From Auanema rhodensis (Eukaryota > Animalia > Nematoda), in the NCBI GenBank assembly GCA_964057225.1, contig OZ059895.1, positions 2,728,001-2,792,000 on the forward strand: a stretch of DNA of 64,000 nt. Reading direction: 5' to 3'. The position numbers and the translations under genes were made by a program. This document shows positions 27,301-42,300 of this stretch, piece after piece. The notes under the pieces are model-generated. The model worked only from the letters and a program-made list of their open reading frames with translations. It ran no database searches and had not been told where the DNA came from. The stretch's first letter is position 1. Each line of letters begins with the position of its first letter.

Positions 27301-30300
27301 AGTTTTGTCAAAATGTTTTTGGAAGCAATGTTGAGTGTACATGGAAACTCAACATACACTAATGCATCATTTTTCAAACAATCATAACTAATTTTTGTAT
27401 CAAGCGTTTTTCAATGTAGTATAGTGCATTCGATGCGGATTTTTAAGCTGCGTCGATCTGTGTTATCAGATTTGCGCTAGCTTAAAAATGCACCGAGATA
27501 TCAACTGATATAAGTTCACACTTATATCCTCGATTTTCACCCTGAAGAATTAATTTTTTCGTTGAATAACATTGTCCATCGTCTTTGCCTTGGAAAAAGG
27601 AATCTAAAAACATCTACTTTTCGCTAATTTATTTTGAAATTTTTCGAGAAAAGTTTTGTCAAAATGTTTTTGGAAGCAATGTTGAGTGTACATGGAAACT
27701 CAACATACACTAATGCATCATTTTTCAAACAATCATAACTAATTTTTGTATCAAGCGTTTTTCAATGTAGTATAGTGCATTCGATGCGGATTTTTAAGCT
27801 GCGTCGATCTGTGTTATCAGATTTGCGCTAGCTTAAAAATGCACCGAGATATCAACTGATATAAGTTCACACTTATATCCTCGATTTTCACCCTGAAGAA
27901 TTAATTTTTTCGTTGAATAACATTGTCCATCGTCTTTGCCTTGGAAAAAGGAATCTGAAAACATCTACTTTTTGCTAAATTATCTTGAAATTTTTCAAAA
28001 AAAGTTTTGTCAAAATGTTTTTGGAAGCAATGTTGAGTGTACATGGAAACTCAACATACACTAATGCATCATTTTTCAAACGATCATAACTAATTTTTGT
28101 ATTAAGCGTTTCTCAATGTAGTAAAGTGCATTCGATGCGGATTTTAAGCTGCGTCGATCTGTGTTATCAGATTTGCGCTAGCTTAAAAATGCACCGAGAT
28201 ATCAACTGATATAAGTTCACACTTATATCCTCGATTTTCACCCTGAAGAATTAATTTTTTCGTTGAATAACATTGTCCATCGTCTTTGCCTTGGAAAAAG
28301 GAATCTAAAAACATCTACTTTTCGCTAATTTATTTTGAAATTTTTCGAGAAAAGTTTTGTCAAAATGTTTTTGGAAGCAATGTTGAGTGTACATGGAAAC
28401 TCAACATACACTAATGCATCATTTTTCAAACAATCATAACTAATTTTTGTATCAAGCGTTTTTCAATGTAGTATAGTGCATTCGATGCGGATTTTTAAGC
28501 TGCGTCGATCTGTGTTATCAGATTTGCGCTAGCTTAAAAATGCACCGAGATATCAACTGATATAAGTTCACACTTATATCCTCGATTTTCACCCTGAAGA
28601 ATTAATTTTTTCGTTGAATAACATTGTCCATCGTCTTTGCCTTGGAAAAAGGAATCTAAAAACATCTACTTTTCGCTAATTTATTTTGAAATTTTTCGAG
28701 AAAAGTTTTGTCAAAATGTTTTTGGAAGCAATGTTGAGTGTACATGGAAACTCAACATACACTAATGCATCATTTTTCAAACAATCATAACTAATTTTTG
28801 TATCAAGCGTTTTTCAATGTAGTATAGTGCATTCGATGCGGATTTTTAAGCTGCGTCGATCTGTGTTATCAGATTTGCGCTAGCTTAAAAATGCACCGAG
28901 ATATCAACTGATATAAGTTCACACTTATATCCTCGATTTTCACCCTGAAGAATTAATTTTTTCGTTGAATAACATTGTCCATCGTCTTTGCCTTGAAAAA
29001 TGGAATCTAAAAACATCTACTTTTTGCTAAATTAATTTGAAATTTTTCGAAAAAATTTTTGTCAAAATGTTTTTGGAAGCAATGTTGAGTGTACATGGAA
29101 ACTCAACATACACTAATGCATCATTTTTCGAACGATCATAACTAATTTTTGTATTAAGCGTTCCTCAATGTAGTATAGTGCATTCGATGAGGATTTTTAA
29201 GCTGCGTCGATCTGTGTTTTCAGATTTGCGCTAGCTTAAAAATGCACCGAGATATCAACTGATATAAGTTCACACTTATATCCTCGATTTTCACCTTGAA
29301 GAATTAATTTTTTCGTTGAGTAACATTGTCCATCGTCTTTGCTTTGAAAAATGGAATCTAAAAACATCTACTTTTTGCTAAATTATTTTGAAATTTTTCG
29401 AAAAAATTTTTGTCAAAATGTTTTTGGAAGCAATGTTGAGTGTACATGGAAACTCAACATACACTAATGCATCATTTTTCGAACGATCATAACTAATTTT
29501 TGTATTAAGCGTTCCTCAATGTAGTATAGTGCATTCGATGAGGATTTTTAAGCTGCGTCGATCTGTGTTTTCAGATTTGCGCTAGCTTAAAAACGCACCG
29601 AGATATCAACTGATATAAGTTCACACTTATATCCTCGATTTTCACCCTGAAGAATTAATTTTTTCGTTGAATTACATTGTCCATCGTCTTTGCCTTGAAA
29701 AAAGGAATCTAAAAACATCTACTTTTTGCTAAATTATCTTGAAATTTTTCGAAAAAATTTTTGTCAAAATGTTTTTGGAAGCAATGTTGAGTGTACATGG
29801 AAACTCAACATACACTCATGCATCATTTTTCAAACGATCATAACTAATTTTTGTATTAAGCGTTTCTCAATGTAGTATAGTGCATTCGATGCGGATTTTT
29901 AAGCTGCGTCGATCTGTGTTATCAGATTTGCGCTTGCTTAAAAATGCACCGAGATATCAACTGATATAAGTTCACACTTATATCCTCGATTTTCACCCTG
30001 AAGAATTAATTTTTTCGTTGAATAACATTGTCCATCGTCTTCGCCTTGAAAAAAGGAATCTAAAAACATCTACTATTTGCTAAATTATTTTGAAATGTTT
30101 CGAAAAAATTTTTGTCAAAATGTTTTTGGAAGCAATGTTGAGTGTACATGGAAACTCAACATACACTAATGCATCATTTTTCAAACAATCATAACTAATT
30201 TTTGTATTAAGCGTTTCTCAATGTAGTATAGTGCATTCGATGCGGATTTTTAAGCTGCGTCGATCTGTGTTATCAGATTTGCGTTAGCTTAAAAATGCAC

Positions 30301-33300
30301 CGAGATATCAACTGATATAAGTTCACACTTATATCCTGGATTTTCACCCTGAAGAATTAATTTTTTCGTTGAATAACATTGTCCATCGTCTTTGCCTTGA
30401 AAAATGGAATCTGAAAACATCTACTTTTTGCTAAATTATTTAGAAATTTTTCGAAAAAATTTTTGTCAAATTGTTTTTGGAAGCAATGTTGAGTGTACAT
30501 GGAAACTCAACATACACTAATGCATCATTTTTCAAACGATCATAACTAATTTTTGTATTCAGCGTTTCTCAATGTAGTATAGTGCATTCGATGCGGATTT
30601 TTAAGCTGCGTCGATCTGTGTTATCAGATTTGCGCTAGCTTAAAAATGCACCGAGATATCAACTGATATAAGTTCACACTTATATCCTCGATTTTCACCC
30701 TGAAGAATTAATTTTTTCGTTGAATAACATTGTCCATCGTCTTCGCCTCGAAAAAAGGAATCTAAAAACATCTACTTTTCGCTAAATTATTTTGAAATTT
30801 TTCGAAAAAATTTTTGTCAAAATGTTTTTGGAAGCAATGTTGAGTGTACATGGAAACTCAACATACACTAATGCATCATTTTTCAAACAATCATAACTAA
30901 TTTTTGTATTAAGCGTTTCTCAATGTAGTATAGTGCATTCGATGCGGATTTTTAAGCTGCGTCGATCTGTGTTATCAGATTTGCGCTAGCTTAAAAATGC
31001 ACCGAGATATCAACTGATATAAGTTCACACTTATATCCTCGATTTTCACCCTGAAGAATTAATTTTTTCGTTGAATAACATTGTCCACCGTCTTTGCCTT
31101 GAAAAATGGAATCTGAAAACATCTACTTTTTGCTAAATTATTTAGAAATTTTTCGAAAAAATTTTTGTCAAAATGTTTTTGGAAGCAATGTTGAGTGTAC
31201 ATGGAAACTCAACATACACTAATGCATCATTTTTCAAACGATCATAACTAATTTTTGTATTCAGCGTTTCTCAATGTAGTATAGTGCATTCGATGCGGAT
31301 TTTTAAGCTGCGTCGATCTGTGTTATCAGATTTGCGCTAGCTTAAAAATGCACCGAGATATCAACTGATATAAGTTCACACTTATATCCTCGATTTTCAC
31401 CCTGAAGAATTAATTTTTTCGTTGAATAACATTGTCCATCGTCTTCGCCTCGAAAAAAGGAATCTAAAAACATCTACTTTTCGCTAAATTATTTTGAAAT
31501 TTTTCGAAAAAATTTTTGTCAAAATGTTTTTGGAAGCAATGTTGAGTGTACATGGAAACTCAACATACACTAATGCATCATTTTTCAAACAATCATAACT
31601 AATTTTTGTATTAAGCGTTTCTCAATGTAGTATAGTGCATTCGATGCGGATTTTTAAGCTGCGTCGATCTGTGTTATCAGATTTGCGCTAGGTTAAAAAT
31701 GCACCGAGATATCAACTGATATAAGTTCACACTTATATCCTCGATTTTCACCCTGAAGAATTAATTTTTTCGTTGAATAACATTGTCCATCGTCTTTGCC
31801 TTGAAAAATGGAATCTGAAAACATCTACTTTTTGCTAAATTATTTAGAAATTTTTCGAAAAAATTTTTGTCAAAATGTTTTTGGAAGCAATGTTGAGTGT
31901 ACATGGAAACTCAACATACACTAATGCATCATTTTTCAAACGATCATAACTAATTTTTGTATTAAGCGTTTCTCAATGTAGTATAGTGCATTCGATGCGG
32001 ATTTTTAAGCTGCGTCGATCTGTGTTATCAGATTTGCGCTAGCTTAAAAATGCACCGAGATATCAACTGATATAAGTTCACACTTATATCCTCGATTTTC
32101 ACCCTGAAGAATTAATTTTTTCGTTGAATAACATTGTCCACCGTCTTTGCCTTGAAAAATGGAATCTGAAAACATCTACTTTTTGCTAAATTATTTAGAA
32201 ATTTTTCGAAAAAATTTTTGTCAAAATGTTTTTGGAAGCAATGTTGAGTGTACATGGAAACTCAACATACACTAATGCATCATTTTTCAAACGATCATAA
32301 CTAATTTTTGTATTCAGCGTTTCTCAATGTAGTATAGTGCATTCGATGCGGATTTTTAAGCTGCGTCGATCTGTGTTATCAGATTTGCGCTAGCTTAAAA
32401 ATGCACCGAGATATCAACTGATATAAGTTCACACTTATATCCTCGATTTTCACCCTGAAGAATTAATTTTTTCGTTGAATAACATTGTCCATCGTCTTCG
32501 CCTCGAAAAAAGGAATCTAAAAACATCTACTTTTCGCTAAATTATTTTGAAATTTTTCGAAAAAATTTTTGTCAAAATGTTTTTGGAAGCAATGTTGAGT
32601 GTACATGGAAACTCAACATACACTAATGCATCATTTTTCAAACAATCATAACTAATTTTTGTATTAAGCGTTTCTCAATGTAGTATAGTGCATTCGATGC
32701 GGATTTTTAAGCTGCGTCGATCTGTGTTATCAGATTTGCGCTAGCTTAAAAATGCACCGAGATATCAACTGATATAAGTTCACACTTATATCCTCGATTT
32801 TCACCCTGAAGAATTAATTTTTTCGTTGAATAACATTGTCCATCGTCTTCGCCTCGAAAAAAGGAATCTAAAAACATCTACTTTTCGCTAAATTATTTTG
32901 AAATTTTTCGAAAAAATTTTTGTCAAAATGTTTTTGGAAGCAATGTTGAGTGTACATGGAAACTCAACATACACTAATGCATCATTTTTCAAACAATCAT
33001 AACTAATTTTTGTATTAAGCGTTTCTCAATGTAGTATAGTGCATTCGATGCGGATTTTTAAGCTGCGTCGATCTGTGTTATCAGATTTGCGCTAGCTTAA
33101 AAATGCACCGAGATATCAACTGATATAAGTTCACACTTATATCCTCGATTTTCACCCTGAAGAATTAATTTTTTCGTTGAATAACATTGTCCATCGTCTT
33201 TGCCTTGAAAAATGGAATCTGAAAACATCTACTTTTTGCTAAATTATTTAGAAATTTTTCGAAAAAATTTTTGTCAAAATGTTTTTGGAAGCAATGTTGA

Positions 33301-36300
33301 GTGTACATGGAAACTCAACATACACTAATGCATCATTTTTCAAACGATCATAACTAATTTTTGTATTCAGCGTTTCTCAATGTAGTATAGTGCATTCGAT
33401 GCGGATTTTTAAGCTGCGTCGATCTGTGTTATCAGATTTGCGCTAGCTTAAAAATGCACCGAGATATCAACTGATATAAGTTCACACTTATATCCTCGAT
33501 TTTCACCCTGAAGAATTAATTTTTTCGTTGAATAACATTGTCCATCGTCTTCGCCTTGAAAAAAGGAATCTAAAAACATCTACTTTTTGCTAAATTATTT
33601 TGAAATTTTTCGAAAAAATTTTTGTCAAAATGTTTTTGGAAGCAATGTTGAGTGTACATGGAAACTCAACATACACTAATGCATCATTTTTCAAACAACC
33701 ATAACTAATTTTTGTATTGAGCGTTTCTCAATGTAGTATAGTGCATTCGATGCGGATTTTTAAGCTGCGTCGATCTGTGTTATCAGATTTGCGTTAGCTT
33801 AAAAATGCACCGAGATATCAACTGATATAAGTTCACACTTATATCCTCGATTTTCACCCTGAAGAATTAATTTTTTCGTTGAATAACATTGTCCATCGTC
33901 TTTGCCTTGAAAAAAGAAATCTAAAAACATCTACTTTTTGCTAATTTATTTTGAAATTTTTCGAAAAAATTTTTGTCAAAATGTTTTTGGAAGCAATGTT
34001 GAGTGTACATGGAAACTCAACATACACTAATGCATCATTTTTCAAACGATCATAACTAATTTTTGTATTAAGCGTTTCTCAATGTAGTAAAGTGCATTCG
34101 ATGCGGATTTTCAAGCTGCGTCGATCTGTGTTATCAGATTTGCGCTAGCTTAAAAATACACCGAGATATCAACTGATATAAGTTCACACTTATATCCTCG
34201 ATTTTCACCCTGAAGAATTAATTTTTTCGTTGAATAACATTGTCCATCGTCTTTGCCTTGGAAAAAGGAATCTAAAAACATCTACTTTTCGCTAATTTAT
34301 TTTGAAATTTTTCGAGAAAATTTTTGTCAAAATGTTTTTGGAAGCAATGTTGAGTGTACATGGAAACTCAACATACACTATTGCATCATTTTTCAAACAA
34401 TCATAACTAATTTTTGTATTAAGCGTTTCTCAATGTAGTATAGTGCATTCGATGCGGATTTTTAAGCTGCGTCGATCTGTGTTATCAGATTTGCGCTAGC
34501 TTAAAAATGCACCGAGATATCAACTGTTATAAGTTCACACTTATATCCTCGATTTTCACCCTGAAGAATTAATTTTTTCGTTGAATAACATTGTCCATCG
34601 TCTTTGCCTTAAAAAAAGGAATCTAAAAACATCTACTTTTTGCTAATTTATTTTGAAATTTTTCGAAAAAATTTTTGTCAAAATGTTTTTGGAAGCAATG
34701 TTGAGTGTACATGGAAACTCAACATACACTAATGCATCATTTTTCAAACGATCATAACTAATTTTTGTATTAAGCGTTCCTCAAAGTAGTATAGTGCATT
34801 CGATGCGGATTTTTAAGCTGCGTCGATCTATGTTATCAGATTTGCGCTAGCTTAAAAATGCACCGAGATATCAACTGATATAAGTTCACACTTATATCCT
34901 CGATTTTCACCCTGAAGAATTAATTTTTTCGTTGAATTACATTGTCCATCGTCTTTGCCTTGAAAAAAGGAATCTAAAAACATCTACTTTTTGCTAAATT
35001 ATCTTGAAATTTTTCGAAAAAATTTTTGTCAAAATGTTTTTGGAAGCAATGTTGAGTGTACATGGAAACTCAACATACACTAATGCATCATTTTTCGAAC
35101 GATCATAACTAATTTTTGTATTAAGCGTTCCTCAATGTAGTATAGTGCATTCGATGAGGATTTTTAAGCTGCGTCGATCTGTGTTTTCAGATTTGCGCTA
35201 GCTTAAAAATGCACCGAGATATCAACTGATATAAGTTCACACTTATATCCTCGATTTTCACCCTGAAGAATTAATTTTTTCGTTGAATAACATTGTTCAT
35301 CGTCTTTGCCTTGAAAAAAGGAATCTAAAAACATCTACTTTTTGCTAAATTATTTTGAAATTTTTCGAAAAAATTTTTGTCAAAATGTTTTTGGAAGCAA
35401 TGTTGAGTGTACATGGAAACTCAACATACACTAATGCATCATTTTTCAAACGATCATAACTAATTTTTGTATTAAGCGTTCCTCAAAGTAGTATAGTGCA
35501 TTCGATGCGGATTTTTAAGCTGCGTCGATCTATGTTATCAGATTTGCGCTAGCTTAAAAATGCACCGAGATATCAACTGATATAAGTTCACACTTATATC
35601 CTCGATTTTCACCCTGAAGAATTAATTTTTTCGTTGAATAACATTGTCCATCGTCTTTGCCTTGAAAAAAGGAATCTGAAAACATCTACTTTTTGCTAAA
35701 TTATCTTGAAATTTTTCGAAAAAATTTTTGTCAAAATGTTTTTGGAAGCAATGTTGAGTGTACATGGAAACTCAACATACACTAATGCATCATTTTTCGA
35801 ACGATCATAACTAATTTTTGTATTAAGCGTTCCTCAATGTAGTATAGTGCATTCGATGAGGATTTTTAAGCTGCGTCGATCTGTGTTTTCAGATTTGCGC
35901 TAGCTTAAAAATGCACCGAGATATCAACTGATATAAGTTCACACTTATATCCTCGATTTTCACCCTGAAGAATTAATTTTTTCGTTGAATAACATTGTCC
36001 ATCGTCTTTGCCTTGAAAAAAGGAATCTAAAAACATCTACTTTTTGCTAAATTATTTTGAAATTTTTCGAAAAAATTTTTGTCAAAATGTTTTTGGAAGC
36101 AATGTTGAGTGTACATGGAAACTCAACATACACTAATGCATCATTTTTCAAACGATCATAACTAATTTTTGTATTAAGCGTTCCTCAATGTAGTATAGTG
36201 CATTCGATGCGCATTTTTAAGCTGCGTCGATCTGTGTTATCAGATTTGCGCTAGCTTAAAAATGCACCGAGATATCAACTGATATAAGTTCACACTTATA

Positions 36301-39300
36301 TCCTCGATTTTCACCCTGAAGAATTAATTTTTTCGTTGAATAACATTGTCCATCGTCTTTGCCTTGAAAAAAGGAATCTAAAAACATCTACTTTTTGCTA
36401 AATTATTTTGAAATTTTTCGAAAAAATTTTTGTCAAAATGTTTTTGGAAGCAATGTTGAGTGTACATGGAAACTCAACATACACTAATGCATCATTTTTC
36501 AAACGATCATAACTAATTTTTGTATTAAGCGTTTCTCAATGTAGTATAGTGCATTCGATGCGGATTTTTAAGCTGCGTCGATCTGTGTTATCAGATTTGC
36601 GCTAGCTTAAAAATGCACCGAGATATCAACTGATATAAGTTCACACTTATATCCTCGATTTTCACCCTGAAGAATTAATTTTTTCGTTGAATAACATTGT
36701 CCATCGTCTTTGCCTTGGAAAAAGGAATCTAAAAACATCTACTTTTCGCTAATTTATTTTGAAATTTTTCGAGAAAAGTTTTGTCAAAATGTTTTTGGAA
36801 ACAATGTTGAGTGTACATGGAAACTCAACATACACTAATGCATCATTTTTCAAACAATCATAACTAATTTTTGTATTAAGCGTTTTTCAATGTAGTATAG
36901 TGCATTCAATGCGGATTTTTAAGCTGCGTCGATCTGTGTTATCAAATTTGCGCTAGCTTAAAAATGCACCGAGATATCAACTGATATAAGTTCACACTTA
37001 TATCCTCGATTTCCACCCTGAAGAATTAATTTTTTCGTTGAATAACATTGTCCATCGTCTTTGCCTTAAAAAAAGGAATCTAAAAACATCTACTTTTTGC
37101 TAATTTATTTTGAAATTTTTCGAAAAAATTTTAGTCAAAATGTTTTTGGAAGCAATGTTGAGTGTACATGGAAACTCAACATACACTAATGCATCATTTT
37201 TCGAACGATCATAACTAATTTTTGTATTAAGCGTTCCTCAATGTAGTATAGTGCATTCGATGAGGATTTTTAAGCTGCGTCGATCTGTGTTTTCAGATTT
37301 GCGCTAGCTTAAAAATGCACCGAGATATCAACTGATATAAGTTCACACTTATATCCTCGATTTTCACCTTGAAGAATTAATTTTTTCGTTGAGTAACATT
37401 GTCCATCGTCTTTGCTTTGAAAAATGGAATCTAAAAACATCTACTTTTTGCTAAATTATTTTGAAATTTTTCGAAAAAATTTTTGTCAAAATGTTTTTGG
37501 AAGCAATGTTGAGTGTACATGGAAACTCAACATACACTAATGCATCATTTTTCGAACGATCATAACTAATTTTTGTATTAAGCGTTCCTCAATGTAGTAT
37601 AGTGCATTCGATGAGGATTTTTAAGCTGCGTCGATCTGTGTTTTCAGATTTGCGCTAGCTTAAAAACGCACCGAGATATCAACTGATATAAGTTCACACT
37701 TATATCCTCGATTTTCACCCTGAAGAATTAATTTTTTCGTTGAATTACATTGTCCATCGTCTTTGCCTTGAAAAAAGGAATCTAAAAACATCTACTTTTT
37801 GCTAAATTATCTTGAAATTTTTCGAAAAAATTTTTGTCAAAATGTTTTTGGAAGCAATGTTGAGTGTACATGGAAACTCAACATACACTCATGCATCATT
37901 TTTCAAACGATCATAACTAATTTTTGTATTAAGCGTTTCTCAATGTAGTATAGTGCATTCGATGCGGATTTTTAAGCTGCGTCGATCTGTGTTATCAGAT
38001 TTGCGCTTGCTTAAAAATGCACCGAGATATCAACTGATATAAGTTCACACTTATATCCTCGATTTTCACCCTGAAGAATTAATTTTTTCGTTGAATAACA
38101 TTGTCCATCGTCTTCGCCTTGAAAAAAGGAATCTAAAAACATCTACTATTTGCTAAATTATTTTGAAATTTTTCGAAAAAATTTTTGTCAAAATGTTTTT
38201 GGAAGCAATGTTGAGTGTACATGGAAACTCAACATACACTAATGCATCATTTTTCGAACAATCATAACTAATTTTTGTATTAAGCGTTTCTCAATGTAGT
38301 ATAGTGCATTCGATGCGGATTTTTAAGCTGCGTCGATCTGTGTTATCAGATTTGCGTTAGCTTAAAAATGCACCGAGATATCAACTGATATAAGTTCACA
38401 CTTATATCCTCGATTTTCACCCTGAAGAATTAATTTTTTCGTTGAGTAACATTGTCCATCGTCTTTGCTTTGAAAAATGGAATCTAAAAACATCTACTTT
38501 TTGCTAAATTATTTTGAAATTTTTCGAAAAAATTTTTGTCAAAATGTTTTTGGAAGCAATGTTGAGTGTACATGGAAACTCAACATACACTAATGCATCA
38601 TTTTTCGAACGATCATAACTAATTTTTGTATTAAGCGTTCCTCAATGTAGTATAGTGCATTCGATGAGGATTTTTAAGCTGCGTCGATCTGTGTTTTCAG
38701 ATTTGCGCTAGCTTAAAAACGCACCGAGATATCAACTGATATAAGTTCACACTTATATCCTCGATTTTCACCCTGAAGAATTAATTTTTTCGTTGAATTA
38801 CATTGTCCATCGTCTTTGCCTTGAAAAAAGGAATCTAAAAACATCTACTTTTTGCTAAATTATCTTGAAATTTTTCGAAAAAATTTTTGTCAAAATGTTT
38901 TTGGAAGCAATGTTGAGTGTACATGGAAACTCAACATACACTCATGCATCATTTTTCAAACGATCATAACTAATTTTTGTATTAAGCGTTTCTCAATGTA
39001 GTATAGTGCATTCGATGCGGATTTTTAAGCTGCGTCGATCTGTGTTATCAGATTTGCGCTTGCTTAAAAATGCACCGAGATATCAACTGATATAAGTTCA
39101 CACTTATATCCTCGATTTTCACCCTGAAGAATTAATTTTTTCGTTGAATAACATTGTCCATCGTCTTCGCCTCGAAAAAAGGAATCTAAAAACATCTACT
39201 TTTCGCTAAATTATTTTGAAATTTTTCGAAAAAATTTTTGTCAAAATGTTTTTGGAAGCAATGTTGAGTGTACATGGAAACTCAACATACACTAATGCAT

Positions 39301-42300
39301 CATTTTTCAAACAATCATAACTAATTTTTGTATTAAGCGTTTCTCAATGTAGTATAGTGCATTCGATGCGGATTTTTAAGCTGCGTCGATCTGTGTTATC
39401 AGATTTGCGTTAGCTTAAAAATGCACCGAGATATCAACTGATATAAGTTCACACTTATATCCTCGATTTTCACCCTGAAGAATTAATTTTTTCGTTGAAT
39501 AACATTGTCCATCGTCTTCGCCTCGAAAAAAGGAATCTAAAAACATCTACTTTTCGCTAAATTATTTTGAAATTTTTCGAAAAAATTTTTGTCAAAATGT
39601 TTTTGGAAGCAATGTTGAGTGTACATGGAAACTCAACATACACTAATGCATCATTTTTCAAACAATCATAACTAATTTTTGTATTAAGCGTTTCTCAATG
39701 TAGTATAGTGCATTCGATGCGGATTTTTAAGCTGCGTCGATCTGTGTTATCAGATTTGCGTTAGCTTAAAAATGCACCGAGATATCAACTGATATAAGTT
39801 CACACTTATATCCTCGATTTTCACCCTGAAGAATTAATTTTTTCGTTGAATAACATTGTCCATCGTCTTTGCCTTGAAAAATGGAATCTGAAAACATCTA
39901 CTTTTTGCTAAATTATTTAGAAATTTTTCGAAAAAATTTTTGTCAAAATGTTTTTGGAAGCAATGTTGAGTGTACATGGAAACTCAACATACACTAATGC
40001 ATCATTTTTCAAACGATAATAACTAATTTTTGTATTCAGCGTTTCTCAATGTAGTATAGTGCATTCGATGCGGATTTTTAAGCTGCGTCGATCTGTGTTA
40101 TCAGATTTGCGTTAGCTTAAAAATGCACCGAGATATCAACTGATATAAGTTCACACTTATATCCTCGATTTTCACCCTGAAGAATTAATTTTTTCGTTGA
40201 ATAACATTGTCCATCGTCTTCGCCTCGAAAAAAGGAATCTAAAAACATCTACTTTTCGCTAAATTATTTTGAAATTTTTCGAAAAAATTTTTGTCAAAAT
40301 GTTTTTGGAAGCAATGTTGAGTGTACATGGAAACTCAACATACACTAATGCATCATTTTTCAAACAATCATAACTAATTTTTGTATTAAGCGTTTCTCAA
40401 TGTAGTATAGTGCATTCGATGCGGATTTTTAAGCTGCGTCGATCTGTGTTATCAGATTTGCGTTAGCTTAAAAATGCACCGAGATATCAACTGATATAAG
40501 TTCACACTTATATCCTCGATTTTCACCCTGAAGAATTAATTTTTTCGTTGAATAACATTGTCCATCGTCTTTGCCTTGAAAAATGGAATCTGAAAACATC
40601 TACTTTTTGCTAAATTATTTAGAAATTTTTCGAAAAAATTTTTGTCAAAATGTTTTTGGAAGCAATGTTGAGTGTACATGGAAACTCAACATACACTAAT
40701 GCATCATTTTTCAAACGATAATAACTAATTTTTGTATTCAGCGTTTCTCAATGTAGTATAGTGCATTCGATGCGGATTTTTAAGCTGCGTCGATCTGTGT
40801 TATCAGATTTGCGCTAGCTTAAAAATGCACCGAGATATCAACTGATATAAGTTCACACTTATATCCTCGATTTTCACCCTGAAGAATTAATTTTTTCGTT
40901 GAATAACATTGTCCATCGTCTTCGCCTTGAAAAAAGGAATCTAAAAACATCTACTTTTTGCTAAATTATTTTGAAATTTTTCGAAAAAATTTTTGTCAAA
41001 ATGTTTTTGGAAGCAATGTTGAGTGTACATGGAAACTCAACATACACTAATGCATCATTTTTCAAACAACCATAACTAATTTTTGTATTAAGCGTTTCTC
41101 AATGTAGTATAGTGCATTCGATGCGGATTTTTAAGCTGCGTCGATCTGTGTTATCAGATTTGCGTTAGCTTAAAAATGCACCGAGATATCAACTGATATA
41201 AGTTCACACTTATATCCTCGATTTTCACCCTGAAGAATTAATTTTTTCGTTGAATAACATTGTCCATCGTCTTTGCCTTGAAAAAAGAAATCTAAAAACA
41301 TCTACTTTTTGCTAATTTATTTTGAAATTTTTCGAAAAAATTTTTGTCAAAATGTTTTTGGAAGCAATGTTGAGTGTACATGGAAACTCAACATACACTA
41401 ATGCATCATTTTTCAAACGATCATAACTAATTTTTGTATTAAGCGTTTCTCAATGTAGTAAAGTGCATTCGATGCGGATTTTCAAGCTGCGTCGATCTGT
41501 GTTATCAGATTTGCGCTAGCTTAAAAATACACCGAGATATCAACTGATATAAGTTCACACTTATATCCTCGATTTTCACCCTGAAGAATTAATTTTTTCG
41601 TTGAATAACATTGTCCATCGTCTTTGCCTTAAAAAAAGGAATCTAAAAACATCTACTTTTTGCTAATTTATTTTGAAATTTTTCGAAAAAATTTTAGTCA
41701 AAATGTTTTTGGAAGCAATGTTGAGTGTACATGGAAACTCAACATACACTAATGCATCATTTTTCGAACGATCATAACTAATTTTTGTATTAAGCGTTCC
41801 TCAATGTAGTATAGTGCATTCGATGAGGATTTTTAAGCTGCGTCGATCTGTGTTTTCAGATTTGCGCTAGCTTAAAAATGCACCGAGATATCAACTGATA
41901 TAAGTTCACACTTATATCCTCGATTTTCACCTTGAAGAATTAATTTTTTCGTTGAGTAACATTGTCCATCGTCTTTGCTTTGAAAAATGGAATCTAAAAA
42001 CATCTACTTTTTGCTAAATTATTTTGAAATTTTTCGAAAAAATTTTTGTCAAAATGTTTTTGGAAGCAATGTTGAGTGTACATGGAAACTCAACATACAC
42101 TAATGCATCATTTTTCGAACGATCATAACTAATTTTTGTATTAAGCGTTCCTCAATGTAGTATAGTGCATTCGATGAGGATTTTTAAGCTGCGTCGATCT
42201 GTGTTTTCAGATTTGCGCTAGCTTAAAAACGCACCGAGATATCAACTGATATAAGTTCACACTTATATCCTCGATTTTCACCCTGAAGAATTAATTTTTT

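Noticed and set aside
34253-34438. 61-aa ORF in satellite A
   Set aside because: It starts at TTG and exists only because a single substitution (cactaAtg to cactaTtg at 34381) removes a stop present in the other monomers. It has no recognisable domain.
36205-36265. Variant gcgCattttt (36212) extends the large hairpin stem by 2 bp
   Set aside because: It is a singleton. Other common variants (ggattGtt, gcttGaaa, ttttCaag) disrupt the stem without compensatory changes, so there is no covariation evidence.
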